Virus record (IMG/VR): IMGVR_UViG_3300007734_000748
Location: 769-64,768 of that record
DNA length: 64,000 bases
Strand: one strand, 5' to 3'
From: a virus
Lineage: Duplodnaviria; Caudoviricetes
Position numbers and translations under genes: made by a program
In this document: positions 55,034 through 63,484 of the stretch, piece after piece
Position numbering within the stretch: the first letter of the stretch is position 1
Layout: each line of letters begins with the position of its first letter
Notes under the pieces: generated by a model
Databases searched by the model: none
Told to the model about the DNA's origin: nothing
The model's input: only the letters and a program-made list of their open reading frames with translations

Positions 55034-55918
55034 ATGACACAGAATACGATCATTCACACCGCCCCGGCGGTATCCCTTGCATCCATGGCCATGCTGGTCG
55101 AACTGCGTATCAGCACATGGACAGCGCGTAAGCGTGACAACGAGACCACGATGGAGGTCAACACTTCCAAGGAAGCTGACCAAGACTCTGGCTCTGTCTA
55201 CAAGTATCTGATGGCGGGCAGTGACCACCTCAAGAAGATTGAGAAGTACGCGGCCAAGTGCCGTGCGTGGAACGGGACGCAGACCCTGCCTTGGATGAAG
55301 GGTATCGGGCTGTTACCGATGGAGAATTTCTTTCACTATCGGGGTCAGCTCGGTACGATGGAATCCAATTTCTACGCATTGGTTGACGCTTTTATCGCGG
55401 AGTACCCCAAACTCAAGAACGATCAGGCGTTCAGGCTGGGCAAGTACTACCGCGCTGAAGAGTTTCCCGATGTGGAGACCTTGCCGCGCAGGTTCAAGTT
55501 TGAGTACAACTTTCTCCCTGTTCCAGAGAAGGGGGATTTCCGCATCCGCTGCGAAGAAAAAGTCCGCGCTGATCTGGCTGAGCAGTACGAGAAGATGTAC
55601 AACGCCAAGCTGGCTGACGCTATGCGTGACCCATGGGAGAGACTGCATGCACTGTTGACCAAGATGAGCACCACTCTGACCGACAGGGATGATGGCGAGC
55701 GGAAGATATTCCGCGACTCAATCGTGACCAATGCGGCAGGTATGTGTGACCTGCTGACGCGGCTCAATGTGACGAAGGACCCAGAGCTTGAGAAGGCTCG
55801 CCGTATGCTGGAGCAAGCGATAGCGGGCTTTGACCCGAAGGACCTGCGTGGCAGTGACGGCGCTCGTGTCGAGTTGAAGTCCAGCGTTGATGACATCCTC
55901 AGCAAATTTAACTGGTAA
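55034..55918 (+). CDS. DUF3150-like protein
   Basis: LVEL.IS.WTARK.D, TLPW, F...YP and EFPD....RF pattern. Confidence 0.65.
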   Translation: MTQNTIIHTAPAVSLASMAMLVELRISTWTARKRDNETTMEVNTSKEADQDSGSVYKYLMAGSDHLKKIEKYAAKCRAWNGTQTLPWMKGIGLLPMENFFHYRGQLGTMESNFYALVDAFIAEYPKLKNDQAFRLGKYYRAEEFPDVETLPRRFKFEYNFLPVPEKGDFRIRCEEKVRADLAEQYEKMYNAKLADAMRDPWERLHALLTKMSTTLTDRDDGERKIFRDSIVTNAAGMCDLLTRLNVTKDPELEKARRMLEQAIAGFDPKDLRGSDGARVELKSSVDDILSKFNW

Positions 55919-55925
55919 GGAAAAA

Positions 55926-56819
55926 ATGATGCAACTAGCAAACGTAATTATCAAAGACGGGTATGTCATGGACCCCATGCTGGCAGAGTTGGTAACTCCG
56001 CTGGCCTTGGCCATGCCATCCTATACATTCACCACGCGGACCATGGACGACACACAGTTTGTGCACTACTCGTACGCCGTCACCTTAAAGGCTCGTTCGG
56101 TGCAAGCACCAGAGGGCAAGAGGTTTATGCGTAAACTGTTTGTGTTCTGTGAAGACGAGAACATGGGGGAGTTGTTGGTGGACTCTAGGTACAGCCGTAG
56201 TAGATCGGGCTCTGATTGGGTGTGGGAGATCAGGTGCTGGCGCATAGAAAACGAGCGAGGCTCGCGTAACACCACCAAGACTACCAAACTTGATGTAGCC
56301 AAGCGTGTGGTCAAGAAATACTTCTTGCCCAAAGGTTTGGACGAGGTGCTGGCAAATTCTGAAACTGTCCTGTACGACTTCGATCGGGCTTTAGGTCGTC
56401 TGGCGCATGACATATCACGCAGTAATCTGCTTAAGAATCTTTCGGACTTGCAGGAGTATGTCTATCATCAGTTGATGGGGCAGGAGATACCTATCCAGCT
56501 TAAACAGCGGGTGGAAACTAAGATGACTTCGGACAAGTACCATAAGGCAATGGGTGAATTTAATCTGGCCGCGTCTATGGATGTCAGGAAAGACAGGCTA
56601 CTTGTCATACGGCACAAGGGCGGGTACTTGTACAAGGAACCTGTGGTTCGGGGGTCGGCCCTGACCGAAATGGTTACTATGTTCCAGTCGTTTGAAGAAC
56701 TACCTAGTCTGTGGCAAGACAGGCTGGCGGTGCTACAACTGATGGAAGATGAAGAGGTCGTGCGTGATGTAGGCTACAGGCACAACGACACGCACTTCGT
56801 GATACTAACTAACCCATAA
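55926..56819 (+). CDS. hypothetical protein
   Basis: AAGGA RBS; C-terminal LP...RLAVL...DVGYR. Confidence 0.75.
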   Translation: MMQLANVIIKDGYVMDPMLAELVTPLALAMPSYTFTTRTMDDTQFVHYSYAVTLKARSVQAPEGKRFMRKLFVFCEDENMGELLVDSRYSRSRSGSDWVWEIRCWRIENERGSRNTTKTTKLDVAKRVVKKYFLPKGLDEVLANSETVLYDFDRALGRLAHDISRSNLLKNLSDLQEYVYHQLMGQEIPIQLKQRVETKMTSDKYHKAMGEFNLAASMDVRKDRLLVIRHKGGYLYKEPVVRGSALTEMVTMFQSFEELPSLWQDRLAVLQLMEDEEVVRDVGYRHNDTHFVILTNP

Positions 56820-56832
56820 CCTGCTACTCTTT

Positions 56833-56857
56833 GACCCGCTTCGGCGGGTCTTTTTTT
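56833..56857 (+). terminator. rho-independent terminator
   Basis: GACCCGC TTCG GCGGGTC TTTTTTT. Confidence 0.9.
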
Positions 56858-56861
56858 GCCC

Positions 56862-56890
56862 GGAATTATCGACAACGTGTCGAAGATTCC
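56862..56890. repeat. 29-bp palindrome copy 7
   Basis: GGA ATTA TCGACA ACG TGTCGA AGAT TCC. Confidence 0.9.
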
Positions 56891-56936
56891 CAAACCCTAT
56901 TAGTGTTTCTCCCTATAAAATATTTCTGTTGGGCAC

Positions 56937-56965
56937 TTGACATAGTCCAACAAGCCCCGTATATT
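56937..56965 (+). promoter_or_regulatory. sigma70-type promoter, likely giving a leaderless transcript
   Basis: TTGACA TAGTCCAA...-N17-TATATT; ATG follows 6 nt after the -10. Confidence 0.7.
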
Positions 56966-56971
56966 CTGGGC

Positions 56972-57304
56972 ATGGCATTAACTCCAGAACGAAAAGTAAA
57001 AGACCTAGTGGTGGCCCAGCTTAAAGCTCGTGGCGCGTACTACTTCTTCCCCGCAAGCAACGGCTTCGGGCGCATGGGCATACCCGACATCATCGTGTGT
57101 CACCATGGTAGCTTCATCGCCATAGAATGTAAAGCGGGTAAGGGAAAAACCACACGGCTCCAAGACCGTGAATTGGATAACATAAATAAAGCGGGCGGGG
57201 TGGCCATAGTCATCAACGAGACCAACATCGCATTGGTCACCCGTATTCTCACTTCAAAGGAAACAAACCATGCTGGAAAAGCTACTGCGCCTCCCACTCC
57301 CTGA
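56972..57304 (+). CDS. VRR-NUC nuclease (Holliday junction resolvase-like)
   Basis: TPE..VK, GIPDI, IECKAG and Q..E...I...GG. Confidence 0.88.
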   Translation: MALTPERKVKDLVVAQLKARGAYYFFPASNGFGRMGIPDIIVCHHGSFIAIECKAGKGKTTRLQDRELDNINKAGGVAIVINETNIALVTRILTSKETNHAGKATAPPTP

Positions 57305-57686
57305 CCAAATCAAGGCCGTCATTGAGAAGATTGAGTCTCTTGATGAGACCAGTTCCCCTAACAGAATCTCCAACTGGGCTCTTAATTCGGAATCTACGCT
57401 GACCAGATACGAACGCTGGGCGATCAAACGCGCTCTGCGTAAACGGGCGAGGGTTGCGACTCTGTGTGAGGCCATGACGCTCGTGATAACTCCTGAGCCT
57501 ACCGTTGGTGAATACCTCACGGGCGTTGTGGAGGGAGAATACAGAGTACAACCGCGATCTAGATTTGACACCACCAAAAGCACAATAGTTAGCGCCCCCG
57601 GTGAAAATTACGATACTCTCTCACGCAAGTTTATTTCGGTTTTCCCCAAATGTTTGGGACGCGCAAGTGATCACACTGGACTTTGA
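57270..57686 (+). CDS. hypothetical protein
   Basis: AAGGA RBS; lies between VRR-NUC and the polymerase. Confidence 0.65.
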   Translation: MLEKLLRLPLPDQIKAVIEKIESLDETSSPNRISNWALNSESTLTRYERWAIKRALRKRARVATLCEAMTLVITPEPTVGEYLTGVVEGEYRVQPRSRFDTTKSTIVSAPGENYDTLSRKFISVFPKCLGRASDHTGL

Positions 57687-59496
57687 AACCTTTTACAGCC
57701 GTGAGTTTTCCCTGACGAAACTCACGGTCGAGGAGTATGTGCGTGACCCGCAGTTCCAGGTGATTGGCGTGGCGGTCAAGGTGAATGACGAACCTACGCA
57801 GTGGTTTTCCGGGGACCTGGGGGAAACGGCTGAGTGGTTGGCGCAGTTTGAATGGCGCAACCACTTCGTGTTAGCCCATAACGCAATGTTTGATGCGGCC
57901 ATCCTGACCTGGGTCTTTGGCCAAAAACCCAAGGCGTGGCTGGATACGTTGTCTATGGCTCGTGCCATGTTTGGCACACAGGTGGGTGGTAGCTTGCGGG
58001 CGTTGGCTGAGCACTTCGGGTTGGGTGCCAAGGGCACTGAGGTGGAAGATGCTAAAGGGTTTCGACGCGAGGACTTTACCCCCGAACACTTGGCGTCCTA
58101 TGGTGAGTACTGCAAAAACGACGTCGAGTTGACCTACAAGCTTTTTAAGGAAATGGACTACAGCTTCCCGGTCGTTGAGAAGCGCCTGATCGACATAACC
58201 ATCCGCATGTTCAGCGACCCCTTGCTGGAGGTCAACACCGAGAAGTTGGAGGCGCACCTAACAGGCGTGCGTGAGCGAAAGGCCAAACTGTTTGAAGAAG
58301 CCAACATTACCAAAGAAATCCTCAACAGCAGTGCAAAATTTGCAGAGTTATTGGGTAAGTATGTCCCACCCCCGGTAAAAGTCAGCCCCTCCAACCCAGA
58401 AAAAGTGGTTTTTGCGTTCGCCAAAAGCGACCCAGAGTTTGTGGCGATGCTGGACCACCCCAATGAGATCGTGCAAGCCCTTGTTGCGGCACGGCTGGGG
58501 GCCAAGTCTACGCTGGAGGAGACCCGGACCGAGCGGTTTATCGCCATTTCCCGCAGGGGGCACATCGGTGGGGCATTACGGCGTTTGCCTATTCCGTTGA
58601 AATACTACGCCGCGCACACTGGGCGGTGGGGCGGGTCTGACAAGGTCAACCTCCAGAATTTACCTAGCCGTGGGTCTGAGGGTGGCAAGTTGAAGCGGTG
58701 CATTGAAGCCCCTCGCGGGCATGTCATCGTCGACTGCGACTCGTCTCAGATTGAGGCCCGTGTCTTGGCGTGGCTGGCCGGGGAACGTCAGGTTCTTGAG
58801 TTGTTTGCCCGCAAAGAGGATGTGTACTCGTACATGGCCAGGGCCATCTACGGAATTCTTGACGAAGACCCAGTAACTCCCGATCAGCGATTTATAGGTA
58901 AAACCACGGTTCTTGGCGCAGGGTACGGGATGGGAGCGGTCAAGTTCCAGATGCAGTTGAAGAACATGGGCAAAGACCTGGACTTGGACACCTGCAAATA
59001 CATCATCCGCAGATACCGCGCATCCAATGTCCGTATCTCTACGTGGTGGAACCACTTGAACGTGGTGCTGGAAAAAATGATTCACAACAAGGTTGCGGAA
59101 GTTGATAAACCCGGATTGATGGAGTTGACCCCGTTCACGGGCATCGCCCTACCCAATGGCCTACACCTCAACTACCCAGAGTTGCGCCGCACTACGAATG
59201 GCGAGTTCACTTACATGACCCGGCAGGGTGTCAACAGGATATACGGCGGCAAGGTGGCTGAAAACCTGTGTCAAGCCATTGCCCGTTGCATCATCGGTGA
59301 GCAGATGATTCAGATTGAGAAGAAATACCGCGTAGTTCTGACCGTCCACGACGCCATAGCCTGTGTTGTACCGGAGGACGAAGCGCAAGAGGCGAGAGCC
59401 CACATAGAGCAGTGCATGCGGACACCCCCGGCCTGGGCCGTGGGGTTGCCCCTAAATTGTGAGTCAGGCATGGCTCGTAACTACGGAGATTGTTAA
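57667..59496 (+). CDS. family A DNA polymerase with 3'-5' exonuclease
   Basis: DFET (ExoI), HNAMFD (ExoII), YC.ND (ExoIII), HTGRW, NLQNLP, DSSQIEAR (A), KTTVLGAGYG (B) and TVHD (C); start uncertain (57601 or 57667). Confidence 0.93.
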   Translation: MITLDFETFYSREFSLTKLTVEEYVRDPQFQVIGVAVKVNDEPTQWFSGDLGETAEWLAQFEWRNHFVLAHNAMFDAAILTWVFGQKPKAWLDTLSMARAMFGTQVGGSLRALAEHFGLGAKGTEVEDAKGFRREDFTPEHLASYGEYCKNDVELTYKLFKEMDYSFPVVEKRLIDITIRMFSDPLLEVNTEKLEAHLTGVRERKAKLFEEANITKEILNSSAKFAELLGKYVPPPVKVSPSNPEKVVFAFAKSDPEFVAMLDHPNEIVQALVAARLGAKSTLEETRTERFIAISRRGHIGGALRRLPIPLKYYAAHTGRWGGSDKVNLQNLPSRGSEGGKLKRCIEAPRGHVIVDCDSSQIEARVLAWLAGERQVLELFARKEDVYSYMARAIYGILDEDPVTPDQRFIGKTTVLGAGYGMGAVKFQMQLKNMGKDLDLDTCKYIIRRYRASNVRISTWWNHLNVVLEKMIHNKVAEVDKPGLMELTPFTGIALPNGLHLNYPELRRTTNGEFTYMTRQGVNRIYGGKVAENLCQAIARCIIGEQMIQIEKKYRVVLTVHDAIACVVPEDEAQEARAHIEQCMRTPPAWAVGLPLNCESGMARNYGDC

Positions 59497-60176
59497 TGGC
59501 GAATATCACATGGTCTTACAGCAGTTTGTCGCTGTATCAACAGTGCCCTAAGAAGTACTACCACCTCAGAGTGGCAAAGGACATCAAAGAGCCGCTCAGC
59601 GAGGCGATCACTTTTGGGAACACGATTCACAAGGTGGCTGAAGAATACGTGAGTAAAGGGATTCCTGTTCCAGAGAAATATAAAGAAATTGAACCAGCCT
59701 TAGAGAGTATCCGCAACATGCAGGGTGAGAAGCTGTGCGAGAACAAGCTGGGCTTGACCGCAGACCTCAAGCCGTGCGGGTTCTTCGACAAGGGCGTGTG
59801 GTGGCGCGGCATAGCCGACATCATCATCTTGCAGGGCGACAAGGCGCTGACCATCGACTACAAGACGGGCAAGTCGAGCAAGTACGCCGATCTCAAACAG
59901 TTGGAGGTGCTGTCACTGGCTATCTTTAAGCATTTTCCACAGGTTAAAAAAGTCAAAGCGGGCTTGATGTTCCTGTTCGCTGATGACTTTGTAAAGGCTG
60001 ATTACCACTCGGACGCACAAGATGAGTTGTGGGGTCCGTGGGTTTCAGATGTTGGGCAGTTGCAGTCGTCCGTCGAAAACAAAGTATGGAACGCAAAGCC
60101 CAATTTCACCTGCCGGGGGTGGTGCCCGGTTGTTTCATGTGTTCACAACGAAGGAGTTAAAAATGGCAACAGCTAA
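59496..60176 (+). CDS. PD-(D/E)xK exonuclease (Cas4/RecB-like)
   Basis: SYSSL...CP, GIAD, IDYKTG and C-terminal CRGWCP...C. Confidence 0.88.
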   Translation: MANITWSYSSLSLYQQCPKKYYHLRVAKDIKEPLSEAITFGNTIHKVAEEYVSKGIPVPEKYKEIEPALESIRNMQGEKLCENKLGLTADLKPCGFFDKGVWWRGIADIIILQGDKALTIDYKTGKSSKYADLKQLEVLSLAIFKHFPQVKKVKAGLMFLFADDFVKADYHSDAQDELWGPWVSDVGQLQSSVENKVWNAKPNFTCRGWCPVVSCVHNEGVKNGNS

Positions 60177-60729
60177 AAAAGCAAAGAAGGTATCTCGTGC
60201 ATCCCTGATGCGTCAATATTACAACGGCAACCCAAATGCCACACCTGTGGAGGTAGCGAAGAAATTCAAAACTTCGTATCAGGTTGCGTATATGGTTAAG
60301 CGGTCGATGCAACCGAAGAAACTTGTGCTGACCGCAACAGAAGCGGCTGTCGCAAACAAACTGGGTATAACCAGCAAGGTCTACGCTGAGCATAAAGCAC
60401 GCGCAGGGAAATTTAAACCGGTAGCAGTGTTATCAAGCAATAAGTCCATCACGGACACGATTCGGTCGTTGGGTGGCCCAACAGACGAGGAGATGATGAA
60501 TGCACCGCCAAAGGCTGACCCGGTAAATCATCCCACCCATTACAAGATAGGTGGTATTGAGACCATCGACTTTATTGAGGCAAAAGGTTTGGGCTATCAC
60601 CTCGGTAACGTAGTGAAGTACATAACCAGAGCGGGGCACAAAGGCACGACCAATGGTCTTGAAGACTTAAAGAAGGCGCAGTGGTATCTCAACCGGGCCA
60701 TTGAAAAGAACGAAAACTCAACAAAGTAA
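60163..60729 (+). CDS. DUF3310 protein with N-terminal HTH
   Basis: DPVNHPTHY...IETID...GNVVKY...EDLKKAQWYL. Confidence 0.85.
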   Translation: MATAKKAKKVSRASLMRQYYNGNPNATPVEVAKKFKTSYQVAYMVKRSMQPKKLVLTATEAAVANKLGITSKVYAEHKARAGKFKPVAVLSSNKSITDTIRSLGGPTDEEMMNAPPKADPVNHPTHYKIGGIETIDFIEAKGLGYHLGNVVKYITRAGHKGTTNGLEDLKKAQWYLNRAIEKNENSTK

Positions 60730-60731
60730 TC

Positions 60732-60989
60732 ATGAAAAAACTTAACCACCCATATCACACCCTTTTGACCAGGGCACAGCAAGACATCTTAAGAGAGGCG
60801 GCGTCATCTGAACGATTGGATTTTATTGAACGTGCGATAGAAACCGTAAGAGGTTTAACGCCCGATAAATTCTTTATGGATGATGACGTAGAGGCGTTGC
60901 GCAACAGAGTGTTCTACGATGAACCAACCCCTGGCGGCAAGCCCTTGCAAATAGCGGGGTTCCTTCGCCCTGCACCCAAGCGTTTGTAA
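60732..60989 (+). CDS. hypothetical protein
   Basis: ORF in tight operon spacing. Confidence 0.65.
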   Translation: MKKLNHPYHTLLTRAQQDILREAASSERLDFIERAIETVRGLTPDKFFMDDDVEALRNRVFYDEPTPGGKPLQIAGFLRPAPKRL

Positions 60990-60991
60990 CT

Positions 60992-61195
60992 ATGAAAGCA
61001 ATCCTTGAATTCACGTACCCCGAAGATCAGGACAGACTGCGGCACGCGCTCAATGGGGGTAAAGCTATCGGTGCATTGATAGACATTCAGATGGCGGTGC
61101 GCAGTCACTTCAAGCATGACGCTAACCCGGCGGATGTTTTGGAGATGGTCAAAGAACTCACTAACACAGCACTCGCAGAGTGCGGGGAGGAGTGA
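60992..61195 (+). CDS. hypothetical protein
   Basis: MKAILEFTYPED pattern; tight spacing. Confidence 0.7.
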   Translation: MKAILEFTYPEDQDRLRHALNGGKAIGALIDIQMAVRSHFKHDANPADVLEMVKELTNTALAECGEE

Positions 61196-61317
61196 TGGAA
61201 ACAGTTGTGACTGTTTTTCTGCTGGGTGCGCTGTGTGTGGCAGTCGCAGGGCTGGTGCTGTACGCGCTCTCAGAGATTTGGTTCTGGATGGATGAGAACG
61301 ACCGGAGGAATAGATGA
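61195..61317 (+). CDS. small membrane protein
   Basis: GGAGGAG RBS; METVVTVFLLGALCVAVAGLVLYALSEIWFW. Confidence 0.6.
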   Translation: METVVTVFLLGALCVAVAGLVLYALSEIWFWMDENDRRNR

Positions 61318-61550
61318 AACCATACGGATATGCCCGCAAGGATGGTGAGGGGTTGTTCATCTATGGTGAGCACCAATTTCAAAACGCAATGGGCGCTGAA
61401 CTTGTACCTGTGTACTTGCACCCAAAGGAATGGGTTGGGCTGACGGATGAGGAAATTTGGACTGTTTTGCAATTCAGGGGATACAGCACGGACACAATTG
61501 AAATTGCTAAAGCAATTGAAGCCAAACTCAAGGAGAAGAACCATGGCTGA
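61314..61550 (+). CDS. modular small protein (WVGLT...AKLKEKN family)
   Basis: Shared C-terminal module. Confidence 0.7.
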   Translation: MKPYGYARKDGEGLFIYGEHQFQNAMGAELVPVYLHPKEWVGLTDEEIWTVLQFRGYSTDTIEIAKAIEAKLKEKNHG

Positions 61551-61773
61551 CTGCCCAACCTGTGAATACCACAAGAACCGCGCCGCCAGATGGCGGGCCG
61601 AAGCCTACAAGCAAGCCGGGCACGATGTGATTGAACTGCCTTGGGTTGGGCTGACGAATGAGGAGATTATTGATGTGCTTCACCCGTTGGTCATGGCCGA
61701 CATGTCAGATGAGGCGACTGACTACGAGATTGCCAGAGCCATCGAAGCCAAACTCAAGGAGAAGAACACATGA
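61543..61773 (+). CDS. modular small protein (WVGLT...AKLKEKN family)
   Basis: AAGGAG RBS; CPTC N-terminus plus the shared module. Confidence 0.7.
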   Translation: MADCPTCEYHKNRAARWRAEAYKQAGHDVIELPWVGLTNEEIIDVLHPLVMADMSDEATDYEIARAIEAKLKEKNT

Positions 61774-62030
61774 CAGAGCGATTGATTGCAAAGCTGGACA
61801 GGCTTGGCGCTGAAGCTGGCATAAAAGAAATGACCCCTGAGATATACCGATTTGCACAGCTATTGAACGATGACAAGCTGAAGCAGTGGGATGAGTGGAG
61901 GGCCAATCGGGAATGGGTTGGGCTGACAAACGATGAGGTCAACAACTTTGCTGCGGGATGCCATTTGGGTAAGTCTGTACAAGGTGCTATCTACGAAGCC
62001 GAAGCCAAACTCAAGGAGAAGAATACATGA
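61770..62030 (+). CDS. modular small protein (WVGLT...AKLKEKN family)
   Basis: AAGGAG RBS; shared module. Confidence 0.7.
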   Translation: MTERLIAKLDRLGAEAGIKEMTPEIYRFAQLLNDDKLKQWDEWRANREWVGLTNDEVNNFAAGCHLGKSVQGAIYEAEAKLKEKNT

Positions 62031-62359
62031 GTGATCTTGATCGCAAAGTGGCACAAGCGATGGGACTCAAAAGCGTAAACAACTGTGAGGAATGGAGCAA
62101 TTCAAATATGAAAGACCCAGAAGACGAAGCGTTCGAGGAGTTGGCCCTAAAGCAAGGCCAATGGCATCACGAATCAGGCTGGCGCAAGAAACAGATTGCC
62201 CACATGGATGTGCATAGCCACCCCGCAGAGTTTGTACACCTGCACCGCAACGACACCATTGAAGAGGTAGCGAAGGAGTTGGAAACAAAATTCACAGGGC
62301 CGTTCGGTCGTGACACTGTGCAGAGTTTTGCAACATTTGTTAGGAGCATGAAGAAATGA
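62027..62359 (+). CDS. hypothetical protein
   Basis: RNDTIEEVA...DTVQSFATFVRSMK; ATGA coupling. Confidence 0.7.
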   Translation: MSDLDRKVAQAMGLKSVNNCEEWSNSNMKDPEDEAFEELALKQGQWHHESGWRKKQIAHMDVHSHPAEFVHLHRNDTIEEVAKELETKFTGPFGRDTVQSFATFVRSMKK

Positions 62360-62520
62360 CATACATATTGATGCTATGGACAACGGTGGCTTGCGGTCAG
62401 TTGTTTTGTAAAGATGACTGGAGGCAGTTGGGTGTGTTTGGTAGTGAAGCACTTTGCGTAAGTGCGGCACAGCAACTAAACCTCAAAGAACGCTACCGCT
62501 GTGTAAGCGTGGGGAGATGA
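62356..62520 (+). CDS. small exported Cys protein
   Basis: Hand-translated MTYILMLW...FGSEALCVSAA...YRCVS. Confidence 0.6.
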   Translation: MTYILMLWTTVACGQLFCKDDWRQLGVFGSEALCVSAAQQLNLKERYRCVSVGR

Positions 62521-62524
62521 AGCG

Positions 62525-62683
62525 ATGAATAAAAAGGAAAGAGCGTATCTGTACATACTCATTACGCCGTTTGTCGTTGGAGCGGCGTTTGAATTCTTGC
62601 CGCTTTGGGTGGCATGGCCTATCGCACTTCTGGGGGCAATGACTTGGTTTGGTTCTTGCGCCCTATTAGCACAGGAGAAGTGA
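62525..62683 (+). CDS. small two-TM membrane protein
   Basis: Hand-translated MNKKERAYLYILITPFVVGAAFEFLPLWVAWPIALLGAMTWFG. Confidence 0.6.
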   Translation: MNKKERAYLYILITPFVVGAAFEFLPLWVAWPIALLGAMTWFGSCALLAQEK

Positions 62684-62686
62684 AGC

Positions 62687-62938
62687 ATGACACGAGATGA
62701 AATTATTTTGATGGCAGACGCATCTGGCATATCGCTATACGGCATGGGCAAAGACAGGGCCAAGTTTATCCACTACCTTGAAGCCTTTGCCAAGTTGGTG
62801 GCAGAGGCAGAGCGTGAGGCGTGTGCAAAGTTGTGTGATTCAACCATCCACGATTCATACATTGAGGGCTACACGGGGCATAGACATAGCGCTAGACGAG
62901 AATGCGCCGCCGCCATCCGAGCAAAGGGACAAGCATGA
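62687..62938 (+). CDS. small protein (EREACAK family)
   Basis: MTRDEI...AEREACAKLCD...CAAAIRA. Confidence 0.7.
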   Translation: MTRDEIILMADASGISLYGMGKDRAKFIHYLEAFAKLVAEAEREACAKLCDSTIHDSYIEGYTGHRHSARRECAAAIRAKGQA

Positions 62939-63105
62939 GCGACTTTCCATCCGGCTTTGGCTTAGCGCCAATCAAAAGAGAGGGCAGTGTTGCTGACCCT
63001 GATGAATTCACTTGGGAGTGTCAGTGCGAAGCCTGTGCGCTCAAGTACCAAAAATGGAAAGAACGGTTTGACCTTCAACAAAAAGAACTGAGAGGCGAGA
63101 AATGA
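62935..63105 (+). CDS. small Cys-rich protein
   Basis: ECQCEAC; ATGA coupling. Confidence 0.6.
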   Translation: MSDFPSGFGLAPIKREGSVADPDEFTWECQCEACALKYQKWKERFDLQQKELRGEK

Positions 63106-63284
63106 GTTGGACACTTGTACTTTATATTTTTGCTGGGGTGTTTGCCAAGGGCGACAGCGTGTCGGTAACGCACATCCCCAACTTCAGGAGCGAGGCCCAC
63201 TGTGCCGCCGCTGGCAACGCCACCAAGCCGTTGGTCAAAGACAGCGCAAAAGAACTGCGCTTTGTGTGCATCAGACAGGAGTGA
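63102..63284 (+). CDS. small exported Cys protein
   Basis: MSWTLVLYIF...FRSEAHCAAAG...FVCI. Confidence 0.65.
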   Translation: MSWTLVLYIFAGVFAKGDSVSVTHIPNFRSEAHCAAAGNATKPLVKDSAKELRFVCIRQE

Positions 63285-63286
63285 AT

Positions 63287-63484
63287 ATGAGCATCCCACA
63301 TAAAGATGACACAAGGGAATCCTATGTTGAACGCATGAAAGCAAACTACTTGGATATAGCAGAAAGGCAATATGCCGCTGTTGGCGACACGCTAACCATG
63401 TGGCAACACCTGTTCACTTGGGTTCAGTGCGAAGAAATCTATGGTGGGCACTGGGATGATTTAAACGCAAAAGGAAAAATATGA
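63287..63484 (+). CDS. hypothetical protein
   Basis: AGGAG RBS. Confidence 0.6.
   Translation: MSIPHKDDTRESYVERMKANYLDIAERQYAAVGDTLTMWQHLFTWVQCEEIYGGHWDDLNAKGKI

Noticed and set aside
47613-56890. 29-bp palindromes as a CRISPR array
   Set aside because: Copies are 0.4-3.4 kb apart, separated by whole genes and variable inside; there is no cas operon
59496-60176. Cas4-like nuclease as evidence of CRISPR-Cas
   Set aside because: It is a stand-alone PD-(D/E)xK exonuclease next to the polymerase, which is usual in phage replication modules
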